Shown one piece after another: positions 1 to 10,458 of a stretch of DNA of 64,000 nt. Both the position numbers and the translations under genes were made by a program. The notes under the pieces were generated by a model. That model was given only the letters and a program-made list of their open reading frames with translations, did no database searches and was not told the DNA's origin. Source of the stretch: Bacteroidia bacterium (GTDB lineage Bacteria > Bacteroidota > Bacteroidia > NS11-12g > UBA955); assembly GCA_041391605.1 (NCBI GenBank), contig JAWKNQ010000003.1, forward strand, positions 14,724 through 78,723. Direction: 5' to 3'. Within the stretch, counting starts at the first letter, position 1; each line of letters starts with the position of its first letter.

Positions 1-1247
1 TCATAATGTTTGCTTCCATCTTCATCTATAAATTTACGTGCCCTAATTCTTTTAGCATTCTCCCAAGCAAACGCAAGTGCTGAAATGATAACTCCTGTTA
101 GCACGGCAACAGCTAAATTATGAAAAATTGCTGTGACGAGTGTTACAAGTAGCATCACGATCACATCTGTTTTGGGCACCTTCCTGAATACCTTTAAACT
201 TGCCCATTCAAATGTCCCAATAGCAACCATAAACATCAAACCAACTAATGCAGCCATAGGAACTCTTTCAATCAATGAAGAGCCATATAAAATAAAAAAC
301 AACAATGCAACAGATGCAACTATCCCTGACAACCTACGTCTACCACCAGAACTCACATTAATTATACTTTGACCTATCATTGCACACCCTCCCATTCCTC
401 CAAAAAAGCCAGTTGTAATGTTTGCCACTCCTTGAGCAACACATTCCTTGTTCCCTCTTCCACGAGTTTCTGTCATCTCATCAACAACTGTTAAAGTTAA
501 TAAACTTTCAATCAAGCCAACCATGGCCATAATAAAAGCATAAGGAAAAATTATCTTCAATGTTTCTAGATTCAATTTAACAAATGGTAGATGAAACTCT
601 GGCAAACCACCCTCAATTGAAGCGATATCGCCAACTGATTTTGTATCTATACCAAAACCAATTATTATTGCGGACACAACCACAATTGCAGCTAGACTAG
701 ACGGAACAGCCTTTGTTAGTTTTGGCAAGAAATGTATAATTGCCATTGTTAAAAGAATAAAACCAAGCATAATCCAAAGTGGATTACCATTCAACCATTT
801 CTCATTGCCTAATGAATCAATTGTTTTAAACTGCGCAAGTTGAGCCATAAAAATCACTATGGCCAAACCATTAACAAATCCAAAAATTACTGGATGTGGA
901 ACCAAACGTATAAATTTACCTAAACGTAAGAACCCAACCACAAGTTGAATTATTCCCATTAGTATAACAGCAGAAAATAAATACTCAACGCCGTGCACTG
1001 AGACCAAACTTACAACAACAACAGCAATTGCTCCTGTCGCACCAGAAATCATGCCTGGGCGCCCTCCTAATACTGAAGTAATCAATCCAATTATGAAAGC
1101 TGTGTAAAGTCCAATGAGCGGACTCACATGAGCAATCAATGAGAAAGCAACTGCTTCAGGCACTAAAGCTAATGCAACTGTTATCCCTGATAATATGTCA
1201 TCCTTGGGATTAAATTTTTTCTTTCTGAATTGATCTATAAATGTCAT
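1..1247 (-). CDS. SulP-family inorganic anion transporter, N-terminal ~415 codons; the 3' end lies beyond the window edge
   Basis: Not in the ORF track because there is no stop in the window. My translation from the ATG at 1247..1245 reads [77 protein letters not shown]. Further on, [14 protein letters not shown] is encoded at about 420..361. The frame was spot-checked open at about 361..420 and at 1..60 (through position 1). Confidence 0.8.
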   Translation of the reverse strand, partial: MTFIDQFRKKKFNPKDDILSGITVALALVPEAVAFSLIAHVSPLIGLYTAFIIGLITSVLGGRPGMISGATGAIAVVVVSLVSVHGVEYLFSAVILMGIIQLVVGFLRLGKFIRLVPHPVIFGFVNGLAIVIFMAQLAQFKTIDSLGNEKWLNGNPLWIMLGFILLTMAIIHFLPKLTKAVPSSLAAIVVVSAIIIGFGIDTKSVGDIASIEGGLPEFHLPFVKLNLETLKIIFPYAFIMAMVGLIESLLTLTVVDEMTETRGRGNKECVAQGVANITTGFFGGMGGCAMIGQSIINVSSGGRRRLSGIVASVALLFFILYGSSLIERVPMAALVGLMFMVAIGTFEWASLKVFRKVPKTDVIVMLLVTLVTAIFHNLAVAVLTGVIISALAFAWENAKRIRARKFIDEDGSKHY

Positions 1248-1455
1248 CTATATTTGGTTTTAATAGCTTTCGAATTCTGATTTTAACTGAATTCAGTCAT
1301 TCGAAAGCATTTTTTAAAGAGGCGCGAAAATAAGTAAATACCTTGAGCTTGACAAGGAGGCCATCATATCTATTACTGTGCCTTGTTTTGCTAAAATACT
1401 CCTTCCCATTATTCTTTATGGTTAACTAAATAGAAATGTCTTTCACAAAAATTAA

Positions 1456-1463
1456 TACATTTG
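1456..1463 (+). promoter_or_regulatory. Bacteroidota-type -7 promoter box TACATTTG, 16 nt upstream of the pentapeptide-repeat ATG
   Basis: Exact match to TAnnTTTG read in the sequence. Confidence 0.35.
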
Positions 1464-1479
1464 TAATGCTTTAACACTA

Positions 1480-2040
1480 ATGTTTTATTCACAAACATAT
1501 TCAGGGATAAACTTCACAGAAAACCCATTACCATTTGGTGATTATGAATCATGTGAATTTGAGAATTGTTCATTTGAGAATGCAGACTTAAGTGCGTATA
1601 ATTTCATAGATAGCAAATTTATTAATTGCAATTTCAGTTTATGTAATATTAAGGATACTGGATTTAGAGATGTAGAATTTCAAAAGTGCAAACTTCTGGG
1701 ATTGCACTTTGAGACTTGTAATAAATTGCTTCTGATTGTGAAATTTACATCTTGTCTACTCAATCTCTCTTCGTTCTATCAGCTAAAAATCAAGAAAACA
1801 GAATTTTATGACTGTCAACTACATGATGTTGATTTTGCAGAATCTGATTTAAGTTCATCCAAATTTATTAATTGTGACCTTAAATCCGCTATATTTGAGA
1901 ACACAAATCTCAATGGAGTGGACTTTAGAACTGCAATTAATTACACCATTGATCCCGAACAAAATCGCATCACTAAAGCAAGATTTTCCATTGAGGGTAT
2001 TGCAGGCTTGCTAGGAAAATACAATATTAATATAGAATAA
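1480..2040 (+). CDS. pentapeptide-repeat protein
   Basis: Tandem A(D/N)LxX-like pentads run through the ORF (ENCSFENADLSAYNFIDSKFINCNFSLCNIKDTGFRDVEF...). Confidence 0.75.
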   Translation: MFYSQTYSGINFTENPLPFGDYESCEFENCSFENADLSAYNFIDSKFINCNFSLCNIKDTGFRDVEFQKCKLLGLHFETCNKLLLIVKFTSCLLNLSSFYQLKIKKTEFYDCQLHDVDFAESDLSSSKFINCDLKSAIFENTNLNGVDFRTAINYTIDPEQNRITKARFSIEGIAGLLGKYNINIE

Positions 2041-2041
2041 C

Positions 2042-2395
2042 ATGGCATATAGTTTAACACTTGCAGAAAGTATTCGTCACTACCTCAAACATAAAAATGT
2101 ATCCAACATTGAAGAGAAGCAAATGATGGGTGGATTGTCTTTTATGGTCAATTCAAAAATGTGTGTTGGGGTTATAAAAGATGAATTAATTTGCCGTATT
2201 GATCCTAACGTTTATGAAGAAGCACTTGAAAAAAACGAATGCCGACCTATGGATTTTACAGGACGACCAATGAAAGGTTGGGTATACATTGATGAAATTG
2301 CAAGCAATAATCCACAAAAACTGGCATATTGGATTCAATTGGCCTTGGATTTCAACTCCAACGCTAAAATATCAAAAAAAAGAAAACAAAGTTAG
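2042..2395 (+). CDS. TfoX N-terminal domain protein
   Basis: The 117-aa size and the MMGGLSFMVNSKMCVGVIKDELICRI pattern are typical of TfoX/Sxy N-domain proteins. It starts 1 nt after the preceding stop. Confidence 0.55.
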   Translation: MAYSLTLAESIRHYLKHKNVSNIEEKQMMGGLSFMVNSKMCVGVIKDELICRIDPNVYEEALEKNECRPMDFTGRPMKGWVYIDEIASNNPQKLAYWIQLALDFNSNAKISKKRKQS

Positions 2396-2397
2396 AT

Positions 2398-3246
2398 TTA
2401 TCTTTTTAAATTAAATTGATAACCCAATACCACATTTACTTGAAGAAAGGAGAAATGTTGATCTGCTTTTTCATTTTTATTACTTGAAACCACTATACTT
2501 GGCAAATTAATATACCCTAGCTTCACTGTAGATTGCAGAAAAATTCTCTTGAAAAACATAGTATTCAAACCTAAATTTCCTGTTACTCCAACTCCTGAAA
2601 AATGCCACTCATCATTTAAATTTTTCTGCATTAAAATAGTTCGTGTTCTTGGGAACATGCCACCAATTGAGCCTCCTAAAACAGAATTTAACTGAATATT
2701 CTTATGGAATGACAACAATTTATCTTTTCTTGTTAACTCAAAATTCAAATAGTTTAAACCATCTGTATGTTCGAATTCTAAGAAGTCTTTTTTTAACTCT
2801 AATGGCGTATGCCTATAAACTCCATCGTAGGTTGTTTTGGAGTCTTTTATAAACCCATCAACATTAACAGTTTGATTCTGATTCATCACGTACTTCATAT
2901 GATCGAAACCAAAGGAAATACTATACCTAGAGTTAATGTTATAACCTAAGCGATAATTATATTGAGGAATGGTAATCTGTTCTATGTTTAAATAAGGAGT
3001 AGCTCCAACTTTTGATGGTCTATCCTTAGCTTTTACATGACTTAAAGTAAAATCATATCCCTCTCCTCTAAAGTGAATATTTGAGTAACTGTAATATGCC
3101 CGATTATAGCCCCAATAGAAAAAGAAACTGCCTTTATTAAAGCCAGTCTGTTTAATTTCATTTTTATTTAACGCAATTAATTCAGTGCTTAGCGAAAAGC
3201 AAGACAAAAACGCAACTAAAAGGAATAAGAAAATGTGCTTTGGCAT
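2398..3246 (-). CDS. hypothetical secreted / outer-membrane beta-barrel-like protein, last gene of the dcw transcription unit
   Basis: It has an N-terminal signal peptide (MPKHIFLFLLVAFLSCFSLS) and alternating aromatic/hydrophilic strands. It begins 21 nt downstream of the ftsZ stop on the same strand. Confidence 0.45.
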   Translation of the reverse strand: MPKHIFLFLLVAFLSCFSLSTELIALNKNEIKQTGFNKGSFFFYWGYNRAYYSYSNIHFRGEGYDFTLSHVKAKDRPSKVGATPYLNIEQITIPQYNYRLGYNINSRYSISFGFDHMKYVMNQNQTVNVDGFIKDSKTTYDGVYRHTPLELKKDFLEFEHTDGLNYLNFELTRKDKLLSFHKNIQLNSVLGGSIGGMFPRTRTILMQKNLNDEWHFSGVGVTGNLGLNTMFFKRIFLQSTVKLGYINLPSIVVSSNKNEKADQHFSFLQVNVVLGYQFNLKR

Positions 3247-3267
3247 TCAGAATAAATCGAATCCTAA

Positions 3268-4602
3268 TTAGTCAACGTTATCGTGAAGATATTTATTCCC
3301 ATTGTCTTTGAAACGTATGTTTTTGGTATCTTTATCTTCCTCAAGTGAAATTTTAGATATTTCAACTCCTGGTTGTACTTCTTCTAGAACGACGTGATGG
3401 CGCAAGTATGCAGGTGTTTCAAGATCATTCATATTTCTTGTTTTAACTGGCTCATGATTCGCGTCACGATGATTCTTTTCGAATGTAAACTCTTTAAATG
3501 GAATCTCTTCTGGAGCGGAAAAAATTGGAATTTGTTCAGATTCTGTTTTACTCGAATTTTCATTCTCTAATGCACTAAAATCAATTTCAATCACACCATC
3601 ATCTTCTTGAGATTCTTCATCTATTTTTAGAGGACGATTATTTTCAAAACCAGTTGCAACTACAGTGATTGCAATTTCAGAATCTAAATTTTCATTATAG
3701 GTTAAACCGTGTTTTAGATTTGCATTTAACCCAGCTTGTTGTTGGAAGAATGCACATATTGTATCAATCTCATTTGTGTAAGGTTCTTCTTTACCAAAAC
3801 TTATATTCAATAATATATGTTGAGCACCTTCAATACTATTTTCATCTAACAAAGGTGAGTCCAATGCCATCTGAGAAGCATTTATCGCTCTGTCATCACC
3901 TGTGGACAAACCTGTGCCCATAATTGCTCTACCACTATTTTCTAATGCTGTTTTTACATCTCTAAAATCAACATTTAAATAGCCTTCCACAGTAATTATT
4001 TCAGCAATTCCTTTAGCAGCAGTAAATAAAACATCATCTGCCTTTCCTAGAGCTTCTCTGTATCTTAAATTAGAAAACATTTGAAGAATTCTTTCATTGC
4101 TTATTACAAGTAAAGCATCCACGTGTGGCTTTAAATCTTGTATACCTTTTTCTGCGCGCTCAGCTTTTGAGGGCCCCTCATTTTTGAAAGGTCTTGTAAC
4201 AATTCCTATTGTTAATATACCCATTTGGCGGGCTTTTTCGGCAATAACAGGAGCGGTTCCAGTACCAGTTCCACCGCCCATTCCTGCGGTGATAAACAGC
4301 ATTTTTGTGTTGTGTTTTAATGCTTCTTCAATATGACTAATGCTCTCTTCTGCGCAGCGTTTACCAAACTCAGGATCTCCTCCAGCACCCAAACCTTCTG
4401 TCAAACTGCTTCCAAGTTGTATCTTATTTTGAACTGGGCTTCTTTCCAAGTGTTGAGCATCGGTGTTGCACAGGTAGAAATCTACCCCAACTATGCCCTT
4501 TTGGTACATATAGCTTACTGCGTTACTGCCACCACCTCCCACACCCATTACTTTAATAATGGACGATTGTTCTTTAGGTAATTCTACTTTGAAATAATTC
4601 AT
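3268..4602 (-). CDS. ftsZ: cell division GTPase FtsZ
   Basis: Carries GVGGGGSNAV and the tubulin signature GGGTGTGTAPV. The C-terminal end ...YLHDNVD is typical of Bacteroidota. Confidence 0.97.
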   Translation of the reverse strand: MNYFKVELPKEQSSIIKVMGVGGGGSNAVSYMYQKGIVGVDFYLCNTDAQHLERSPVQNKIQLGSSLTEGLGAGGDPEFGKRCAEESISHIEEALKHNTKMLFITAGMGGGTGTGTAPVIAEKARQMGILTIGIVTRPFKNEGPSKAERAEKGIQDLKPHVDALLVISNERILQMFSNLRYREALGKADDVLFTAAKGIAEIITVEGYLNVDFRDVKTALENSGRAIMGTGLSTGDDRAINASQMALDSPLLDENSIEGAQHILLNISFGKEEPYTNEIDTICAFFQQQAGLNANLKHGLTYNENLDSEIAITVVATGFENNRPLKIDEESQEDDGVIEIDFSALENENSSKTESEQIPIFSAPEEIPFKEFTFEKNHRDANHEPVKTRNMNDLETPAYLRHHVVLEEVQPGVEISKISLEEDKDTKNIRFKDNGNKYLHDNVD

Positions 4603-4656
4603 TTTACTATTTGTGGTCTATTATGTTGTGCGCTTTTCAATTCTAGTTTTATCAGA

Positions 4657-5955
4657 TTATTTAAAGTCGTCCATGGCTTGATCATCATCAATCCATTTCT
4701 TGAAACTTCCAAAAAACCCTTTTATAAATCCATCGCCTTCTGCAACTTTAACTTTTTCTTTGCGTGTTGCAACCTTGTATGAATTGGATATATCGTCGGG
4801 CATTTGGTCTTCAAAGCCTTTTAATACTAGACCAATACAAGTTGCATACATCGGACTTCTGACTTCATCTACCAAACCTTTTCCTAAATGTGGATCTGGC
4901 ATTCCGATTTTAACTTCGCATCCTAATGAATACTCTACTAAGTTTCCTAAATCTTTTAATTGAGCACCTCCACCTGTAAGCACAACCCCTAGACTTAATT
5001 TATCTTTATATCCAGAAATTTTGATTTCATCGTGTACCATTTGTACAATTTCTTTTATTCGAGCATGAATGACATGAGCAAGATTTCTTTCCATGATTTG
5101 CTTTGGCTTTCTCTCGCCAATACCGGGCACAGTGATTATTACATTGCTTCTCGTACCTTCTGCAATCGCATGGCCGTATTTAACTTTAATTAATTCAGCT
5201 TGTTTTGGTAAAATCCCAAATGCATCTACAATATCTGCTGTTATTATTTCACCACCGAAAGGTATTACAGCAGTATGTCTTATTTTCCCATCATGAAAAA
5301 TCGCTAAATCAGTTGTACCACCTCCAATATCAACAATAGCTATTCCAGTTTGTAATTCCTCTTCATTTAAAACAGCATAGGCAGAAGCTATCGGCTCGAC
5401 AATAACATCAGATGCATTTAGACCGGCATTTTCTACACATTTTACAATAGTCTTAGCAGCACTAACTCTTCCTGTTACAACATGATACTTACATTCTAGT
5501 TTTGTTCCTGGCATTCCTTCAGGTTCTTTAGTGGTAAACCTTGAATCTATTGTATATTCTTGAGGTAATGCATGTAAAATTTTAGAACCAGGCTCAACTG
5601 CAATTCGATATTGTTCCTTATTCATTTCCTGCAGTTCGCTAGCACTAATTTCCATTTCAGAATTTTCGCGAATACGCACACCTGTTTGCTGAAAACTTTT
5701 AATATGTTCACCAGCTATCCCAACATGTACCGCATTAATCTCAACGTTTGAAATCTTTTCAGCTTGGGCAATCGCCTGTTTGATTGCATCAACTGTTTTT
5801 GAAATATTTGTTACCTCACCTCGCATGACCCCACCTAAAGAAGGATGAGAACCAATTCCTAAAATATTTATCTTGCCATTTTCATTTCTTTGACCAACTA
5901 TTGCGCAAACCTTAGTTGTTCCAATATCCAATCCTACTATTAATTTATTTGACAT
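4657..5955 (-). CDS. ftsA: cell division protein FtsA
   Basis: Actin-like ATPase motifs VGLDIGTTKVCAIVG and DIGGGTTDLAIF. It sits between ftsQ and ftsZ. Confidence 0.95.
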   Translation of the reverse strand: MSNKLIVGLDIGTTKVCAIVGQRNENGKINILGIGSHPSLGGVMRGEVTNISKTVDAIKQAIAQAEKISNVEINAVHVGIAGEHIKSFQQTGVRIRENSEMEISASELQEMNKEQYRIAVEPGSKILHALPQEYTIDSRFTTKEPEGMPGTKLECKYHVVTGRVSAAKTIVKCVENAGLNASDVIVEPIASAYAVLNEEELQTGIAIVDIGGGTTDLAIFHDGKIRHTAVIPFGGEIITADIVDAFGILPKQAELIKVKYGHAIAEGTRSNVIITVPGIGERKPKQIMERNLAHVIHARIKEIVQMVHDEIKISGYKDKLSLGVVLTGGGAQLKDLGNLVEYSLGCEVKIGMPDPHLGKGLVDEVRSPMYATCIGLVLKGFEDQMPDDISNSYKVATRKEKVKVAEGDGFIKGFFGSFKKWIDDDQAMDDFK

Positions 5956-6008
5956 GGTTGATTTTCTTATTTTTATTTTCGTTTCTTCTTGTTAGTTTTT
6001 CTCGTCTA

Positions 6009-6789
6009 TCATTTTTCTCCGACAATCTGACCTTTGAACTTTAAATTTATGCGCTTGTATTTATCCCAACCAATCGCGTTTAACCCTTTTAAATAGAACG
6101 TTTTTAAGCGTTTAAATTTATCATCTACATCCTCTGCCGAACCAAATACAATACTATGATTTCCTACCTTAGGAATCAATAGAATATCCATATAATTATC
6201 TACATATAGTTGTTCAATTTGTGAATCCCAAAACTTGTTCATACTGCAGTACTCAGCTATAGCTGTTAAATCTGCTAACAATTTAGTGTGCACAAACACA
6301 GAATCATCAAGGCTTTCAGCTATCATTCCGTTTGCGATAATCACACGTGGTGTATAGCCTGAATTCAAGGGCATTTTATATCCATTTTTTTGCTACATAG
6401 TAACTTTGCCCTTTTCGATTAACGACTCGTAGAATAGGCTTTCTTTGTAATACTTTGATTTGAAGCAAGCCAGAAAGATCTAATAAAACGTCAGCCTTTT
6501 CGATAAAAGGGTATTTTTCAAGTCTCATTTCAATCGAGTCGAGATGTATATTTTGATGCAAACTTCCTAGGCTCAATTTGTTTGTTTCTCCTTGAATTAT
6601 TTGAACAACTTTATTGCTATCTAGAAAGGCCAATTCTTCCTTGGGTTCGATTTCAACTTCAATCCCTGTGAGTTTCAAATTATTCTCTTTCTTTTGAATA
6701 GCCACCAAAGTGATTATTAAAAAAAGAGCCATACCCGACCACATCAATACCTGCTTAAACTTTCGTTTTCCCATCCATTCAACTTTCAT
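6009..6789 (-). pseudogene. ftsQ: cell division protein FtsQ, split into two ORFs (6376..6789 and 6009..6374) by one extra base in an A7 run (T7 on the + strand at 6385..6391)
   Basis: The N-terminal ORF has a TM segment and a POTRA-like region and ends ...SYYVAKKWI*. The C-terminal frame reads KNGYKMPLNSGYTPRV. Removing one A restores ...YYVAKNGYKMPLNS.... Position between murC and ftsA. Confidence 0.8.
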
Positions 6790-8159
6790 AAGTATAAATT
6801 TTGTATTGGCTTTAACAATTGATCAATATTACCTGCTCCCATAATTAGTAGCAGCTCAGGTTTTTCGTTTTCCAACTTTTTAAGTATATTTTCCTTGGCA
6901 ATTAGAATGGGATTATTCTTCATTTTCAAGGCTAAAAATTCTGAATTAATACCCTCTATCGGCAATTCTCGAGCTGGATAAATATCCATTAACCAACATT
7001 CATCTAACAAATCTAATGCAAGAGCAAATTCCTTTCCAAAATCTCTAGTCCTAGAGTACAAATGTGGTTGAAACAAACCTGTTAATTTTTTATCGGGATA
7101 CAAAGCTCTAACAGATTCTATACAGGCTATTATTGCAGCAGGATGATGGGCATAATCATCAATTACAATATGTTTATCGGTCTTTACTAAATACTCAAAC
7201 CTGCGTTTAACACCTAAAAAACTAGAGCACGCTCTTGCTAAATTATCTATAGGTAAGTTTAACAATGAACAAGCTGTTAAAGCGGCAGCTGTATTCTCAA
7301 TATTATGAAAACCTGGCAGTGCATTTTTAACATCTGTCTCCACATTGTTAAAGGCATAATGAAATGTAAAATGGCTGTCCTTTATTTCTCGTTTGCTTAT
7401 GATTGCCTGAGAACTAGGATATGTTCCATACTTAATTGTTCTAACCTTAGACTCAATGTCTAAATGGTCGTTTATTATGGCTATTCCTTCAGGTTTTATT
7501 TTCTCAATAAATTCCACGAAGGTTTTTTTAAATTCAAGGTGCTCATTGTAAACATCTAAATGATCTGGATCCGTAGAAGTAACAATTGCAATATCTGGTG
7601 AGAGTTGAAGAAAAGACCTATCGTACTCATCTGCTTCAACTACCATTAAAGGTTTTGAAAACAAATCAACAGCGTCTTTCTGTTGAATATAATTGCTTCC
7701 AAAATTCGAACTTACTCCACCTAAAAAGGCCGAAAAATTAACGCCTGATGTGTGAAGCATATACGCAATCATACTACTAGTAGTGGTTTTTCCATGAGTG
7801 CCTGCAACAGCAATTGTGTAAGCATCTTTCGATATTAACCCCAAGACTTGCGCTCTTTTATAAATTGGAACATTTTGAGACATTAAATGATTTAACTCAA
7901 TGCTATCTCTAGGAACTGCTGGAGTGTATAAAACTATTGAATTTCTTGTGTTGTAAACTTTGGATGGAATTTGATTTATATCCTCAGAATAATGAATTTT
8001 AAAACCTTCCTTTTCCAATGATCTGGTAAAATCATTGCTTGTTTTATCATAACCATGAACTTCTATTCCTAAAGTCTTGAAATATCGGGCAATTGCACTC
8101 ATACCGATACCTCCGATACCTAAAAAATATGCAATTCGTATTTGATCTATGGCTATCAT
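6786..8159 (-). CDS. murC: UDP-N-acetylmuramate--L-alanine ligase
   Basis: Motifs GIGGIGMSAIA and GTHGKTTTSSM, plus dcw position. Confidence 0.95.
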   Translation of the reverse strand: MIAIDQIRIAYFLGIGGIGMSAIARYFKTLGIEVHGYDKTSNDFTRSLEKEGFKIHYSEDINQIPSKVYNTRNSIVLYTPAVPRDSIELNHLMSQNVPIYKRAQVLGLISKDAYTIAVAGTHGKTTTSSMIAYMLHTSGVNFSAFLGGVSSNFGSNYIQQKDAVDLFSKPLMVVEADEYDRSFLQLSPDIAIVTSTDPDHLDVYNEHLEFKKTFVEFIEKIKPEGIAIINDHLDIESKVRTIKYGTYPSSQAIISKREIKDSHFTFHYAFNNVETDVKNALPGFHNIENTAAALTACSLLNLPIDNLARACSSFLGVKRRFEYLVKTDKHIVIDDYAHHPAAIIACIESVRALYPDKKLTGLFQPHLYSRTRDFGKEFALALDLLDECWLMDIYPARELPIEGINSEFLALKMKNNPILIAKENILKKLENEKPELLLIMGAGNIDQLLKPIQNLYL

Positions 8160-9235
8160 TACATGTTATCTAATTCATCCACAATATTTTTTAACGCATC
8201 AGGCTTGGCAAATCTCTTTAAATTTACTTGCATTTTATTTTGCAACTCAGGATTTGAAATCAAGTTAATTATTTCATGTAATATTTGTTCACTTGCATCT
8301 GAATCTTTCACTAAAATTGCTGCGTCATTTTCAGATAATGCAGAAGCATTTTTTTTTTGATGGTCTTCTGCTGCTGTTGGAAAAGGAACTAATATAGAAG
8401 GCTTATTTAAAAGACAGATTTCACTAACTGAAATTGCTCCAGCTCTTGATACGACAATATCTGCACCCGAATACGCAGTAGCCATATCATTGATAAAAGT
8501 ATGTGCTTGAACACCTCTTAACCCATACGTATCAGCATTAAACATTTTTCCTGTTTGCCACAAGACCTGTATACCATTAGCATGCAATACCCGAATGGCA
8601 TGTTGTATACTGGTATTAATACTTCTTGCACCTAAGCTACCGCCTATTACAAGTACTAAGGGCATTGATTCATCAAATCCAAGTTTTACCTTAGACTCTG
8701 TTTTTAAACTGTGAATTGCCTTATGTATACTTTCTCGAACGGGATTACCTGTTATTACTATTTTGTCTTTGGGAAAGAATTTCTCCATACCTTCATATGC
8801 AACGCATATTCGAGACGATTTATTAGCCATCCACTTATTGGTTAATCCGGCATAAGAATTTTGCTCTTGAATAAGGATGGGGATTTTTTGAGTTGAAGCG
8901 GCATAAATTAAAGCCGAACTAGCAAAACCACCAACTCCAACAACTTTATCTGGTTTAAAACTCTTTATTATTCGCTTTGCCTTATAAATACTTTTTAAAA
9001 ACTTAATTGGCACCCATAAATTGCTAATTCTAAGTTTTCTCTGTATCCCTATAATTGGTAAACCTATAATTTCGTAGCCCGCCTCCGGCACTTTTTCCAT
9101 CTCCATTTTATTTTGTGCACCCACAAATAAAATTTGACAGTTTGGGTATCTCCTTTTTATCTCATTTGCAATTGCAATGGCTGGAAAAATATGCCCTCCT
9201 GTACCTCCGCCTGATATAATTACTTTATTCAGCAT
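8159..9235 (-). CDS. murG: undecaprenyl-PP-MurNAc-pentapeptide GlcNAc transferase
   Basis: Motif GGGTGGHIFPAIA, plus dcw position. Confidence 0.95.
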   Translation of the reverse strand: MLNKVIISGGGTGGHIFPAIAIANEIKRRYPNCQILFVGAQNKMEMEKVPEAGYEIIGLPIIGIQRKLRISNLWVPIKFLKSIYKAKRIIKSFKPDKVVGVGGFASSALIYAASTQKIPILIQEQNSYAGLTNKWMANKSSRICVAYEGMEKFFPKDKIVITGNPVRESIHKAIHSLKTESKVKLGFDESMPLVLVIGGSLGARSINTSIQHAIRVLHANGIQVLWQTGKMFNADTYGLRGVQAHTFINDMATAYSGADIVVSRAGAISVSEICLLNKPSILVPFPTAAEDHQKKNASALSENDAAILVKDSDASEQILHEIINLISNPELQNKMQVNLKRFAKPDALKNIVDELDNM

Positions 9236-10393
9236 TTAATTCCGCTCTTTCAAATCATTTTCAGTTTCTTGTTCTTCAACAGAACGACTTACACTTAACA
9301 AAACACCAAATGTGGCACTTGTAAAAATGATGCTAGTCCCACCCATACTTATAAAGGGTAGTGTCAACCCAGTAACAGGAAACAAACTACTTGCTACAGC
9401 CATATGTATAAATGCCTGCAGCACTAAACTAAATGAAAGCCCGACTGCTAACAATGCGCCAAATGCTTTAGGACTTTTTAATACAATTCGAATTGATCGA
9501 TACAAAATCAAAAGATATAATCCTATTACGGATAGACCACCAAAAATCAATCCGTACTCTTCAATTATAACAGCAAAAATAAAATCTGAATACGGATGCG
9601 GTAGATACGCACTTTGTTCGCCTTTACCAGGTCCTTTTCCAGTCAAACCACCACTAACAATTGCTATTTTGGCTTGGATTGTTTGAAAACTTTCAGTTGA
9701 ATCTTTTCCTTTAAAATTTTCAATTCTAGCTTTCCATGTAGCTGCCCTTCCTGGTAAAATATTTTCAGGTGCATTTAATAAGGTTAACACCCCAATTAAA
9801 GCAACAACTCCAAAAGACCCTGCAAGAAGTGCCAAGTGTCGGAGCCTTGCATTACCAATAAACAAGAGTATTGTGCAAGTAAAAAATAAAACTAAGGATG
9901 TGCTTAAATTTTCAGGCATTATCAGTATACAAATCACACATATATAAGCTAAAATAACTGAAAACCCTTTTAATGAGTTCAACTCTTCTTGTTTACGAGA
10001 CAAGTATCTGGCAATAAACATTATTAAAGCAAATCGTGCAAAGTCACTACTTTGGAATGTAATTCCGAAAATCGTAATAGTACGTTTCGCTTCATTAATA
10101 TCGTTTCCAAAAATAAGTGTACCAATTAATAAAGGAATGGCAATTAAAACTGCAAGTTGTGATATTCTTGAAAAGTATTTATAGTCTAATAAATGGAAAA
10201 AATACATTAGAAAAAACCCACCGAATAAAAACAGCATATGCTTGAATAGAAAATATTCGGTGTTTCCATCTTGCTTTTTAAAAGCGAGTGAACCAGTTGC
10301 ACTGTAAACCGCAAGCATTCCCAATAGCGATAAACTTATCACTGCAAACCAAATGTACTGGTCACCTCTAAATTTGAGCTTGCCTATTCTCAT
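9236..10393 (-). CDS. ftsW: SEDS-family peptidoglycan polymerase FtsW
   Basis: Polytopic membrane protein with the conserved C-terminal SMGGTS motif, plus dcw position. Confidence 0.9.
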   Translation of the reverse strand: MRIGKLKFRGDQYIWFAVISLSLLGMLAVYSATGSLAFKKQDGNTEYFLFKHMLFLFGGFFLMYFFHLLDYKYFSRISQLAVLIAIPLLIGTLIFGNDINEAKRTITIFGITFQSSDFARFALIMFIARYLSRKQEELNSLKGFSVILAYICVICILIMPENLSTSLVLFFTCTILLFIGNARLRHLALLAGSFGVVALIGVLTLLNAPENILPGRAATWKARIENFKGKDSTESFQTIQAKIAIVSGGLTGKGPGKGEQSAYLPHPYSDFIFAVIIEEYGLIFGGLSVIGLYLLILYRSIRIVLKSPKAFGALLAVGLSFSLVLQAFIHMAVASSLFPVTGLTLPFISMGGTSIIFTSATFGVLLSVSRSVEEQETENDLKERN

Positions 10394-10458
10394 TAACTGA
10401 TAATAATTGTATTCAATTAAACCTTAATAGCAAAGTTTAATCTCAGTAAACAATACTA

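Noticed and set aside
133-372. Dozens of 60-125-aa ORFs in the track that lie antisense to, or out of frame within, large genes. Examples are 133..372, 2643..2852, 3669..3923, 4097..4581, 9312..9686, 12807..13037, 30602..30884, 31020..31349, 40510..41241 and 46023..46391.
   Set aside because: Each is fully embedded in a well-supported conserved gene on the other strand or in another frame. They have low-complexity, Leu/Ser/Ile-rich composition typical of shadow ORFs in AT-rich DNA, and no independent start signals.
1480-2040. The pentapeptide-repeat protein as a Qnr/MfpA-type quinolone-resistance determinant.
   Set aside because: Only the generic pentapeptide repeat is recognisable. At 186 aa it differs in length from Qnr (about 218 aa), and I cannot see the Qnr-specific loops. 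It is not supportable without an alignment.
6385-6391. Programmed ribosomal frameshifting or transcriptional slippage as the designed way of expressing ftsQ.
   Set aside because: An A7 tract is shorter than the tracts reported to give efficient transcriptional slippage, and I see no downstream stimulatory structure. I keep it only as a minor alternative under the ftsQ finding.
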